Origin: Bdellovibrionales bacterium
GTDB lineage: Bacteria; Bdellovibrionota; Bdellovibrionia; Bdellovibrionales; UBA1609
Direction of reading: 5' to 3'
Length of the DNA stretch: 64,000 nt
Assembly (NCBI GenBank): GCA_965219095.1
Contig: CBDCMT010000001.1
Span: 2,240,001-2,304,000, forward strand
Below are positions 44,698 through 55,300 of the stretch, piece by piece. The notes beneath the pieces were generated by a model that was not told the origin of the DNA, did not search any database, and worked only from the letters and a program-made list of their open reading frames with translations. The stretch's first letter is position 1. Every line of letters starts with the position of its first letter. Made by a program: the position numbers and the translations under genes.

Positions 44698-45120
44698 ATG
44701 TGTATGAAATTTTCTTTGATCACACCAGAAAAAGTTCTGATTGAAAATAAGGAGATTGATGATCTCCTTGTACCCTGTCATAAGGGTGAGTTAAATGTAT
44801 TAGAGGGACATACTCCTCTTTTAACTCATCTTTCTACGGGTTTGTTAAAGTACAAGTCAAAAGGAGAAAGTGAGTACAACGAAGTTGTGGTCACTCAAGG
44901 TTATTGTGAGATCTTTCCCTCTAAAGTTTTAGTTTTATCAGAAACAGCAGAGACTAAAGAGCAACTGGATTTTAAAAGGGCTCAAAGAGCTTATATGAAT
45001 ATGGAAGAAAAACTTTCTAAAGTTACAGAGCTTTCTTCTAAAGATATTATTTTATATCAAGAAGCACTAAAGAGAGCGAGATGTCGTAAAAACTTATCCT
45101 CTCCTCCTCATTCTTTTTAA
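44698..45120 (+). CDS. atpC: ATP synthase F1 epsilon
   Basis: LITPEK, GELNVLEGHTPL; last gene of the operon. Confidence 0.93.
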   Translation: MCMKFSLITPEKVLIENKEIDDLLVPCHKGELNVLEGHTPLLTHLSTGLLKYKSKGESEYNEVVVTQGYCEIFPSKVLVLSETAETKEQLDFKRAQRAYMNMEEKLSKVTELSSKDIILYQEALKRARCRKNLSSPPHSF

Positions 45121-45421
45121 GCCTTCTTGAGAGTGTATAAACTTTAAACATTTTGACAAAAAATGTTTTCTAAGCAGTTACACTAGATTCTTGCAGTTTG
45201 GACCTTCTTATTTTGCAAGTTTTTTAAACGGTTTTAAGGAGGTTGCTTTAAAACTTACAACAGTGTTTAACAATTTTTTGTCGTTTTTGAATTTTTTTCA
45301 AAGTCTTAGAGATTTTGAAGAAAATAATAAGATTATACTTGACATGCTTTTTCTTTATATGTATCCTCAGACAATTGTAAAATAAAAAATACCTAATCAC
45401 AAATGTTAAGGAGAGGATCAA

Positions 45422-46282
45422 ATGAGAAAAATAAAAAGTTTACTTCTAACAGCGACACTTTGCTTTTACTCAACGACTATATACGGAGGTGTAGCTATAA
45501 ATATTAACAGTATCCCTGGTTATTCAGAAGATGAGTTGAATAAGGTAATTATTGAAAATTTTTCAAAAGTTAATGAACACCTAATAGATTTTAACAAACA
45601 CTTGTCAGATTCAAATTGGAAATTCCAAGTAGAGGGTTCTAAAATAGTTATGTCTCGCGATAATTTATTTGTTATGACCGCAGCAACAATAGGAATAAGT
45701 GTATTTTCTCCTGTTGCAGCTGTTGCTACTTTGGCTCTACTCTCTCTAACGGGTGGCATCTCTGCTCCTTTGGAAATTATCAGTAAATTAACAGTGAGAG
45801 CGCTGGGAAAAAAAATAGATACATATCCGTTTGAAATTGAAGTGAGCGATATTGAAATGTATCGGGCAACAGGATTTTTTCAATTCAGAAATCAAAAAGA
45901 AAATCTATCTGCCAGAATCGACTGTAGTGTTGTATTCAATCTTGTTTCTGCTACTATCAAGAATTACAAAACCAAAGAAACCAAACCTTTAAAAGCAGAA
46001 TATATAATCTATTCCGACTGCAGCGGAGTAAAGTTATCACGAGGTACAGGTAAAAAACCCTATGTAAAACCAAGGCTTCTGTTTACTAAAAATGATAAAC
46101 AGAAGATCAAAGAATTGATAGATCAACTTGAATATGCATTTTATGCAGTTAATATTGATAATAAAGTTGATTTTTATAAACTTAGTAAAAAAATAGGATT
46201 GGAATGGGAATTTGAAAATGATGAACTTATGATTATGATGATACCAATTACAAACGCGTGGGAATACTATTACAAACATTAA
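45422..46282 (+). CDS. Secreted hypothetical protein with an internal hydrophobic segment
   Basis: 286-aa ORF, AAGGAG RBS, signal-peptide-like N-terminus. Confidence 0.72.
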   Translation: MRKIKSLLLTATLCFYSTTIYGGVAININSIPGYSEDELNKVIIENFSKVNEHLIDFNKHLSDSNWKFQVEGSKIVMSRDNLFVMTAATIGISVFSPVAAVATLALLSLTGGISAPLEIISKLTVRALGKKIDTYPFEIEVSDIEMYRATGFFQFRNQKENLSARIDCSVVFNLVSATIKNYKTKETKPLKAEYIIYSDCSGVKLSRGTGKKPYVKPRLLFTKNDKQKIKELIDQLEYAFYAVNIDNKVDFYKLSKKIGLEWEFENDELMIMMIPITNAWEYYYKH

Positions 46283-46400
46283 TTTACAAACATTAATTCG
46301 ACATTTTTTTCTAAATTATTGAAGTTTTGTGTGATGATTTAAGGAAATTTTTGCCATGAAGGTTTTCCCAATTTCAGCGTTTCCCACTACTAAAACTACA

Positions 46401-46474
46401 TATAGTGAATACGCTTAGATTTTCCGTTCGATTCTCTAGAGAAAAAAACTGAAAACCTAAACGGAAGCACTATA
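46401..46474. mobile_element. 74-bp IS630-B-derived mini element (ends only)
   Basis: TATAGTGAATACGCTTAGATTTTCCG...GAAAACCTAAACGGAAGCACTATA; preceded (46367-46402) by a degenerate end of the 26043 MITE. Confidence 0.78.
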
Positions 46475-46548
46475 TATTTACCACACTTTAAAAACCCCCC
46501 TTTTTATCTTGCTAGAAAAAAGGGCTTTTGAAACACGGTTGGTATAAA

Positions 46549-47425
46549 GTAAGTCGGTCATATGACCGCCCTTGACTTCTACTGAGGAGGATATTTCTTA
46601 GATTTTAAAGGAGAAGTTTTTATTGATCTTGTTGTAAAACGGCGTTGTAAGACGTTTTCCTAAGGCCTTCCCCCGTTACAAAAGTATTAGAGAAGTTCTT
46701 AAAAGAATAATTCTTAGTTTTTTTTCGTAATTTTGATTTTTTTTGTGCTTTATTCTTTAAGAACGAAGCTCACTTGTATACTCAAAAGGCGTTTTAATAA
46801 GCATCTTATCGAGGGAGTTTCCCACAACCATTAAAATATAGTCCTTAGGATCTAATTCCACCTTCTTACAACTTTCCACAATACTGTAAAGTACTGATGC
46901 TGTTTCAGCTCCTCTCTGAGTCCTTGACCCATGAAAGTTCTTTCTTCCCATCACAGAATGTCGAATCGTTCTTTCTGTTTCATTGTTTGTCATAGGAATT
47001 TTCTCATTTTCTAAGAATAAATTTAAGCCATCCCAGTGATTAAAGCTATAGTCAATAGCCTTTTTTAACCCACTCTCAGGACGAGCTTCTCCATAAAGTT
47101 TATAATACAGATCTTGCAGAGAAAGAACTAAATCCTTTGATTCTGTTTGTCTTAAACTTTTGAGCTCTTCATAAGTTTTTGCCTTTGATTCAACTTTAAA
47201 AATCTTCCCCATAAGCTTTAATACTTTTCCACACTCCTCAGGGTAATTCTGTTCTATGTCAATAAACTTTCTTATCACTGAGACCAACAAAAAGCAAGAT
47301 CAATTCCCTTTTCACCCTTAAAGTGTGTTTTATAACTAACGTATCCATCTGTTAAAATAGGCCCCTTATAAGAGCCTAAGAGTTTTTTAATAGAACAGGC
47401 TGAACGGCTCTCACTAAAGTAATAA
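46549..47425 (-). mobile_element. IS66 type B, 3' remnant of tnpC plus right end
   Basis: TNNETERTIR...GRKNF...YSIVESCK; terminus GTAAGTCGGTCA at 46549. Confidence 0.88.
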
Positions 47426-48726
47426 AAACTGTCCACTTTTTTGGGGGAAGTTCAGAGGTCATTCATGTTGATGAGACCTCTATGAGGGTTAAGGGTAAAA
47501 ACTACTGGATTCATACTTATAGTTCAGGAGAATTAGTCTTGCAGTTTCTCCACCTTTCAGGTGGAAGGGAAGCCATAAAAGATATTGGTCTCTTGGATAG
47601 ATATGGAGGAGTGCTTGTGCATGATTGTTGGAGTCCTTACTTTTGTTATGATAAGATAACTCATGCTTTGTGTGTGGCTCACCTTTTGAGAGAGCTTAAA
47701 TTTATAGAAGAAAGCAATGGATTCAAATGGGCTACAAATCTCAAAAAACTTCTTAAAGAGACTGTGGAGTTAGTTCATAAAAAAGAGTCAAGAGTTCTGA
47801 CTCAAAAAGAGTACGAAACTCTTCAGAGAAGGTATCCTGAAATCTGTTAATTTTGGTACTAGGTTTCAGGACTAAGAGCCTGTTTTTTTTCAACAGAATA
47901 CTCCTGATAAATCATAAGAACGAGTTAATTTAGTCGAACGTGAAAAATGCACAAACAGCTAAAAACACTTGTTTTTTTGTAATTTTTGCATAAAAATAAT
48001 TGCAAGGAAGTGGAAAAACAGATAAAAAACCTTGCAAAACAGAAAGGAAAAAAGATGAGGCCAAAAGACATGTTCAGCACACAAAAGAGAAGCCCTCTTA
48101 ATTTTAGAGTAAACGACATTGTTCATAAGAAGCATCCGCTTGTCATTTTAGCTAATAAAATAGACTGGGATCGTTTTGATAAAGATTTTGGTTCGAAGTA
48201 TGATGAAAAAAAAGGTCGTCCAGGTCTTTCAACTCGTTTAATGGTGGGACTTCAGTGCTTGAAATACATTTATAATTTAAGTGACGAGAAGACAATAGAA
48301 ATGTTCAAAGAGAGTCCTCAATGGCAGTATTTTTGTGGTCAGCCTTTTTATTCTTATGAAGATCCCTGTGATAGAAGTTCATTGACTAACTGGAGAAAGA
48401 GGATGGGGGCTGAGAAGATAGAAGTTCTCTTAGAGGAAACCATTGATTTAGCTTTGAGAGAGGGTTTTGTAAAAAAAAAAGAGTTTGAGAATGTAGTTGT
48501 TGATACAACTGTTCAAGAGAAAGCAATAGCTTTTCCTACAGACAGCCGTCTTTATTACAAAGCTTTAAAGACTTTAGTTCACAGGGCTAAAAAAGAGGGT
48601 TTAGTTTTACGTCAAAGCTATAAAAGAAAGGCCAAGGAGTGTTTGTTTAAGAATGCTCGTTATGCTCATACAAGAAAAATACGTTTAGCAAGAAAACTGA
48701 TCTTCCCCCAAAAAAGTGGACAGTTT

Positions 48727-49593
48727 TTATGTTCTTAAAGCCCTCCTTTGTTTAAATTCTTTTGGGCTCATGTATTTCAAGGAAGAATGCATTCTTACCT
48801 TGTTATACCAATCCATGTAAATTGCAATTTTTTTTTCCAACTCTTCCTTTGTTGTACAGTCTTTGTATTCCAGTTCATCCTTCAACGTATGGAAAAAGCT
48901 CTCCACAAACGCATTATCATAACAATTTCCTTTCCTAGACATAGATTGCTTGAGGCCAAAGAATTTCAATTCTTTTCTAAACCCTTCACAACAATATTGA
49001 ACCCCTTGATCCGAGTGGATTATCAAGCCCTCTAAGTTCCCAGAAACAGATTGGACTGCGGCTCTCAGAGCCTGTTTTGAATGAACCCCGTCCAAGCTCT
49101 CACAGAGCTTCCAAGACTTAATCTCTCGATTATAGACATCTAAAAATACAACCAAATACAGAAATTTATCTCTAAAAGGAATATAGGTTAAATCCGAACA
49201 CCATACCTGGTTTTCTTTTCCTGCTTGGCTCTGTCCTGTCTTAAACAACCGAGGAGACTTAATCATGAGAGGGTTATTCTTTGTTGTTCTAGGAACATAG
49301 GGTTTTTTCTGACGGGCACTGAGATTCTTTAGTTTCATAATTCGAGCTACTTTGTTTTCTCCAGCACTCACTCCGCAACGCTTTAATTCCCTATACACCC
49401 TGGGGGAACCATAACAGCCTTTATTTTTTTTAAAAATAGATTCTATGTTTTTCTCCAGATTTTTATCCTTTTCAAGCTTTCCCCTGGTTTTTAAAAAACT
49501 ATAAAAACCAGAACGAGATCCTCTTAATAATTCGCAAATGCGAAGCACTGGATGCCCTTTCTCTTTTACATAAAACATAGCCTTAAATCTCAT
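48727..49593 (-). CDS. IS3 OrfB (DDE integrase core)
   Basis: WCSDLTY, HSDQGVQY, GNCYDNAFVESFF. Confidence 0.93.
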   Translation of the reverse strand: MRFKAMFYVKEKGHPVLRICELLRGSRSGFYSFLKTRGKLEKDKNLEKNIESIFKKNKGCYGSPRVYRELKRCGVSAGENKVARIMKLKNLSARQKKPYVPRTTKNNPLMIKSPRLFKTGQSQAGKENQVWCSDLTYIPFRDKFLYLVVFLDVYNREIKSWKLCESLDGVHSKQALRAAVQSVSGNLEGLIIHSDQGVQYCCEGFRKELKFFGLKQSMSRKGNCYDNAFVESFFHTLKDELEYKDCTTKEELEKKIAIYMDWYNKVRMHSSLKYMSPKEFKQRRALRT

Positions 49594-49877
49594 TTCAGGA
49601 TTTCCTTTGAAAAAAAAGCCGCTGCCTCTTTCAATATACCTACACTCCGCCTCTCATAGACCAGCTCCTTTTTTAACCTCTTTATTTCCTCCAATGCCGA
49701 AGCCAAGTCATGGGAAGCTTGTCTTTCTACTTCAGGCTTTAGAAAACGCTTCCAAGAGCTTATCACTTGGAAATTTCTCAGTCCTAGCTTCTCTGAGGCT
49801 TCCTTTGCACCTATTTCCTCTGCCAATTCAATGGCTTGCTTTTTAAACTCTTCCGAGTACTGTTTTACTTTTTCCAT
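49590..49877 (-). CDS. IS3 OrfA
   Basis: YSEEFKKQA HTH, leucine zipper, ILKEAAAFF; ATGA overlap with orfB. Confidence 0.9.
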   Translation of the reverse strand: MEKVKQYSEEFKKQAIELAEEIGAKEASEKLGLRNFQVISSWKRFLKPEVERQASHDLASALEEIKRLKKELVYERRSVGILKEAAAFFSKEILK

Positions 49878-52451
49878 TCTTTCTTTTACCTCCATTTTAT
49901 GGAGACTTTAAGAGAAAATTGACTGTCCGCAGAAACAGGGGAAGTTCAAACAGCAAAGAAAGCTTCATACTTATCTAGGTCGTGTGATAAGAGATGTTAC
50001 AAGAAAAGGAGGTCCTAAGTTCTTGGAAGAGAATACATCTTTAAAAAGATGTTTATCTTTATGTGTAAGAATTTATAACCAAAAAAGAGGGGATAAGAAC
50101 AAGGTGTATAGTGTTCATGCTCCTGAGGTTTATTGCATAGGGAAGGGCAAAGCCCATAAAAAATATGAATTTGGCAATAAGGTGAGTGTGGCAACTTCAT
50201 CAAAAAAATGCTGGGTTTTAGGGGTAAAGTCATTTGAAAAAAATGTATCAGATGTTCACAGTTTAAAGCCAGCCTTATCTCAAGTTGAATCCTTAACAAA
50301 GGTTAAGGCAAAAAATTTGTATGTAGATAAAGGTTATCGTGGCAAAGAGCATCATCCTTCGGGAGTTAATGTTCATATTGGGGGAATGAGTAAAACATTA
50401 AGTCCCTACAAAAGAAAACTTCACAGAAGAAGAAGTTCAGTTGAGGCAATCATTGGTCATATGAAAATAGATTCTCGTATGGGAAGGAACTTTTTATTAG
50501 GATCACAAGGGGATGCTATTAATAGTCTTTTATCAGGAGTTTCTCAAAATTTTAGAAAGTTAATGCTAGAGGTGCGTCTTTTTTCGTTTTTTTCACTGAA
50601 ATGGCTTAAAAGGCCTGTACGCCTTCTTGAAAACTACTGTTTTGTTTAAGTTATGAAAAAATATTTAACCCTCTATAGTAGAAAGTAACAGGAATAAAGA
50701 TCATACAGCATAAAAATCCTAGGCTTTTGTCAATTTTTCACGTTCGACTAATTTAGTCTCATTGAGTTTTTTTGGAGAACTTATAACACACTGTTTTTAT
50801 AGGCCTTTTTAAAGCTATATTTTTCATAGGTGCTGTTTTTGGATTGAAATTTGATCCTGTCGTTAAGAGTTTTGAGCCATCAACAGGGAGTTGACAAAGC
50901 CCCTAAGACATAGTTCAATTTGAACTATGTCTTATAGGTATGAAGAGAAAAGAAATGGAAGCATCTATGTATATGAGATAAGCAGTTACTGGGACAAAGA
51001 AAAAAAACAATCTCGTCAGAGAAGAGTTTATTTGGGCAAGAAGAATCAATCTACGGGGAGGCTTGAAGCCAAGTTGAACAAACATCCTATAGGTTCTGTA
51101 GGTGTTGGGGGGGTGCATCTTTTGCGAGAGATCAGCAAGCAATTAAATTTAGTGAAGGTGTTAAAGAAAGTTTTTCCGAAAGAATATGAGAAGGTTCTTT
51201 ATTTGTCTTTTTTTAAAAGGAATACGATTTAGATTTGAAGTGTTTTGTTTTAGATAAAGGGTTTTACAGCCAAGAAAACATAAAAGATTTAAACAGGGAG
51301 GCTTCATCGTACATCGTCCCTATGAGCTTTAGTACGAGTCTATCCCATGCTTTATTGGGATCTGTGAGTAAGGAGCTTGATTCAATTCCCTCTTCGTTTG
51401 TATTCCGTGGTCAAGTTTATTCTTACTGCAGACGAGAAATTAAAATTGGAAAGACTCGTTGTATGGCTCATATATAGTGCTTCCGTTTAGGTTTTCAGGT
51501 TCCTAAGATGGAGAAGTTATCAGTTATCAAAGTTTCTAATTTAGATCTGTGTTTTCGTATTCCTCTAAAAAATTGACTTAAACTTCCCTTGAAATCGTCA
51601 TAGTTTTCATAATATCGATTCGCCGTGACCTCTTTTTTCATAAACTTCCAAAGTCTTTCTATAGGATTTAAATTCGGTGAGTACGGAGGAAGATAAACAA
51701 GTTTTATATTCAACTCTTTCGCTAACTTCTTGACAGACTTCGATCTATTGTATCCGTCCCCATCTAAGATAAGATGAATCTCTTTTTCATCGGGATGCTT
51801 CTTGCGAATATGATGGAGCATATCACATATGGAAACATGGTTAACTGTCTTATAACTCCTGACTACCGTCTTCAAACTATTGATCTCAATAGCTCCACAA
51901 ACATTCACTCTTTTTCTCCAGCCTGAATTGGTCTTCACTTCAAACTTCTTACCCTCTCTTATCCAACCATATGAAATCGTAGGGCCCCACTCAGGATGTG
52001 TGGAATCAGCAAAGTAAACAGGACCGTCTTTCTTCTTAATTCTCTTGTATTTACGCACAAACTTTTTCTGCTCTTCTCTCTTTGCCTTACCCGGTATCGC
52101 TGTGGCTTTTTTATAAGAAAAACCAAGGCGATGGAGAAGATCAATTACACCACTTGTTGAGTACGTAACACCAAAATTCTCCTCAATGAACTGAATAACG
52201 GTCTGTGATGATGGAAAAATTCTTTTCTCTAATTCCTTTAAAAGCATTTTCTCCTCTTTCTTAGTTAAAAAGGACCTTTTAGGGTTGTAATTGTCGTTGA
52301 TTAAGCACTCTATCCCGCCTTTGTTATAACGATCTCTACAGGCTCTTATCGTGCCCTCATCAATGAAAAGAAAACGGGAAATATCTTTACACAACTCACC
52401 TTTATCTAAATGGAGAATTGTCATAATCCTTTTTCCGTACCTAAGATTTCT

Positions 52452-53976
52452 GGCTCCTCCCGGGAATCTGTGGGTGAAAAGTAGCTAGAAATCCCCCAAA
52501 AGAGCTCATATTAATCAAAGCAAGAGTAAGACATTCTATCTTGTATTTTTGAGTTCTTTGAGGCCCTTACTGGCCTCTATCACCTCCGGTGATTGAACTC
52601 AAAAACATTCATTTTATTTGCTTTTATTTGTTGTGTTACATTAAAATTTTAAAAAAGAAGCACCTACTTCCCAGATGCCTTAAAATGTTATTCAAAAAAA
52701 AAAAAAAAAAAGGAGGGAAGAGATGCTTTTGAAGACTATACTAAATGATTGTTTAAGATGGAAGTCTTTTGTATACGGAGACATTTATTTTTCAAAAGAT
52801 AGAAAGTCAATTAATGTTCCTATTAAGGCTCGTAAAAATGGCCAAGCTTTTTGTAGTGTTTGTAAGAAGCCCTGTTCAGTGTATGACAGCAGTAAATCAT
52901 CACGGGACTTTGAATCCCTTCCTATTTTAAGTTACAGGGTGTTTTTTGTTTATTTTGTAAGAAGAGTTAATTGTCCTTGCTGTGGGGTAAAAGTTGAGTA
53001 TTTACCTTGGGCCGATGGTAAGAAGAGTTTAACGATCTTTTACATGAAGTATTTAGCAGACTGGTGTCGTCACCTGTCTTGGAAAGAGGTTTCTTGTAAG
53101 TTTCAGGTCAGTTGGAATCAGGTCTATGCTTCGGTAGAATGGGTCGTAGAATATGGTTTAAAACAAAGGGTTTTAAAGGGAATACAAGCTATAGGTGTAG
53201 ATGAAATACAATGGAAAAAGAACCATCAGTATCTCACCTTAGTCTATGAAATAAGCAAAGAAAGTGTTCGTTTGCTATGGATAGGAGAAAAAAGAACAGA
53301 GGAGAGTTTCAACAAGTTTTTTGATTTACTAGGAGAGAAGTCAAAAGATATACAGTTTGTGTGTTCTGATATGTGGAAGCCCTATTTAAAAGTAATAAAG
53401 GAAAGGGCAAGTCAAGCTTTGAATATATTAGATCGGTTTCATATCGTAGCAAGACTCAATAAGGCTTTAGACGAAGTGAGAGCTTCAGAACACAAAAAAA
53501 TGAAAGAAGACGGGTATGAACCCCTTTTAACAAAAGCTAGATGGCCCTTGTTAAAAAATGCAGAAAATTTAAAATCTTATGAAAAAGTAAAATTAAGGCA
53601 TTTAATACAGTACAATTTAAAAAGTATCCGCTGTTATTTTTTAAAAGAAGACTTCCGACAGTTATGGACCTATGTTTCACCAACTTGGGCTGGTAAATTT
53701 ATAGACAGTTGGACGAGACGAGTCATGCTTTCAAAAATTGAACCTATGAAAAGAGAAGCAAAAACCATACGAAGACATAAGCTACTTATTCTTAATTACT
53801 TCAAGGCTAAAAAAGCCTTCTCCTCAGGGATTGTAGAGGGTTTAAACAACAAAGTAAAACTCACTATGAGAAAATCTTACGGCTTTAGAACCTCTAAAGC
53901 TATAAAAATCGCCTTATATCATAACCTTGGAAAACTGCCAGAACCTCCGGGAACCCACAGATTCTTTTGAGGAGGC
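52452..53976 (+). mobile_element. ISL3-family element (copy 3, intact)
   Basis: Both IRs; perfect 8-bp TSD AGATTTCT. Confidence 0.95.
52723..53970 (+). CDS. ISL3-family transposase, intact
   Basis: 415 aa, near-identical to 31747-32994. Confidence 0.94.
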   Translation: MLLKTILNDCLRWKSFVYGDIYFSKDRKSINVPIKARKNGQAFCSVCKKPCSVYDSSKSSRDFESLPILSYRVFFVYFVRRVNCPCCGVKVEYLPWADGKKSLTIFYMKYLADWCRHLSWKEVSCKFQVSWNQVYASVEWVVEYGLKQRVLKGIQAIGVDEIQWKKNHQYLTLVYEISKESVRLLWIGEKRTEESFNKFFDLLGEKSKDIQFVCSDMWKPYLKVIKERASQALNILDRFHIVARLNKALDEVRASEHKKMKEDGYEPLLTKARWPLLKNAENLKSYEKVKLRHLIQYNLKSIRCYFLKEDFRQLWTYVSPTWAGKFIDSWTRRVMLSKIEPMKREAKTIRRHKLLILNYFKAKKAFSSGIVEGLNNKVKLTMRKSYGFRTSKAIKIALYHNLGKLPEPPGTHRFF

Positions 53977-55300
53977 AGATTTCTTTCTAAAGATAGTTCA
54001 TAGAGTAAATCTTTTCGCTCTTTTTTTGATAGAAACCCTGACATATGAAACTATTTTTAAAAATAAATGACTTTTTATCAAGGCCTTAGAATAAAAACTA
54101 GACCTCAACTCAAAAAAAACGGAAAACCTAAGCGGAAGCACTATATATTTGGATGAAAAGAGAAGGGTGTCTAAAAAAAATGAAATGCTATTGAAGTTGG
54201 ATTGTTTTGAGCGAAGATTTTCTAAGAAGAAATTTAGGACAAAGAAAGAGTGCGATGAGTGCATAGCAGAAACCTTAAAAAGTGCCAAGAAGCGCTTTAC
54301 AGTTGTCAAGAAAAAGGGAAGTTTTTTTATTTCGAAAGATTTGGATTATATTAAAAAGCAGATGCGAAAAATGGGTGTGTTGATTTTACTTACCGATTGC
54401 GATCAAAAGCTTTCAAAAGATGAGATCTTAGGGTTATATAGAAACAAAGATAGCATTGAAAAGATTTTTTTGTCTTTCAAGCATGATATAAATGAAAAGC
54501 GAGCGAGGACTCATTCGCTACAAACCATGAGAGGAAGTTTATTTATTAACTTTATAGCTTTAATTTTAATCTCTCACATAAACAATGTGATGAAAGAAAA
54601 GAATCTGTACAAGAAATTTTCAAAAACAGAGGTCTATAAAATTTTAGACAAATTAAAGTTCTATAAATTAGCCACAGGACAAACAAGATTAGGAGAGTTG
54701 TCCGGTAAGCAAAAGAGCCTTTATAAAGCTTTTAATGTGACTCAAGAAATCCCACACAGCTTTAAGTTGTAAAATCCCCTCCGACTAATGCGAAGCATTA
54801 CGAGGGCCGAATAAAAACCTAGTACCAAAATTAACAGATTTCAGGAAGGTATAGGAGTATTCTTACAAAAGGCTTAAAAGAGCTTCCAGAATTTCCTAAG
54901 AAAAATGGCAAGAAAGGACGAATAAAGCATACACAAGCTCAAAACCTTTGGCTGCGATTTAAAAAGTATGAAGCAGAAATACTGTGTTTTGCTAAAAGAA
55001 AGAACGTAGATCCTACTAATAACAGAGCTGAAAGAGATCTAAGAATGACTAAGGTGAAAAAGAAAGTGTCAGGGTGTTTCAGAACAGAACGAAAACTGAC
55101 AGACAGTTTTTTATCAACCCAGAAAGGGTAACTGTCAGATCATATAACGTCTATTACAACTTACGAGAGTGAGCAGTTACGGGTATTCTTCTTTAGAAGC
55201 CATCTCTATGGCTTTAAATAAAAACTTACGAGAGTGAGCAGTTACAAAGAAAGAACGTAGATCCTACTAATAACAGAACAGAGCTGAAAGAGATCTAAGA

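Larger units (their letters stand above)
48698..49948 (-). mobile_element. IS3-family element, intact (1251 bp)
   Basis: TG...CA ends with IRs; 3-bp TSD AAC; removing it restores the IS5 frame ARKQQRKL. Confidence 0.94.
47933..50748 (+). mobile_element. IS5-family element; transposase 48055-50649 interrupted by IS3
   Basis: IRs GTCGAACGTGAAAAA / TTTTTCACGTTCGAC flanked by TAATTTA on both sides; DTTVQEK, KGKAHKKYEFG, VDKGYRG, RRSSVEAIIGHMK. Confidence 0.9.
51473..54145 (-). mobile_element. IS630 type B (copy 2), transposase interrupted near its 5' end by ISL3
   Basis: Same IRs as 28732-33090; TA duplication; removing it restores the host frame AHIYLDEK. Confidence 0.92.
47836..54845 (+). mobile_element. 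IS1634-family element type C; transposase 50927-54772 with an internal deletion and an IS630 insertion
   Basis: Perfect ~31-bp IRs CCTGAAATCTGTTAATTTTGGTACTAGGTTT; 7-bp TSD AAGGTAT; YVYE.SSYWDKEKKQ, LDKGFYS, YRNKDSIEKIF. Confidence 0.88.
47455..55089 (+). mobile_element. IS66 type A internal remnant, host of the nested array; preceded by a solo IS3 end (47422-47454)
   Basis: 47455-47835 and 54846-55089 are collinear with 3970-4589. Confidence 0.88.

Noticed and set aside
55158..55300. Repeated GAGAGTGAGCAGTTAC units as a CRISPR-like array
   Set aside because: Only two units, identical to the IS66 right end, with transposase-derived spacers and no cas genes
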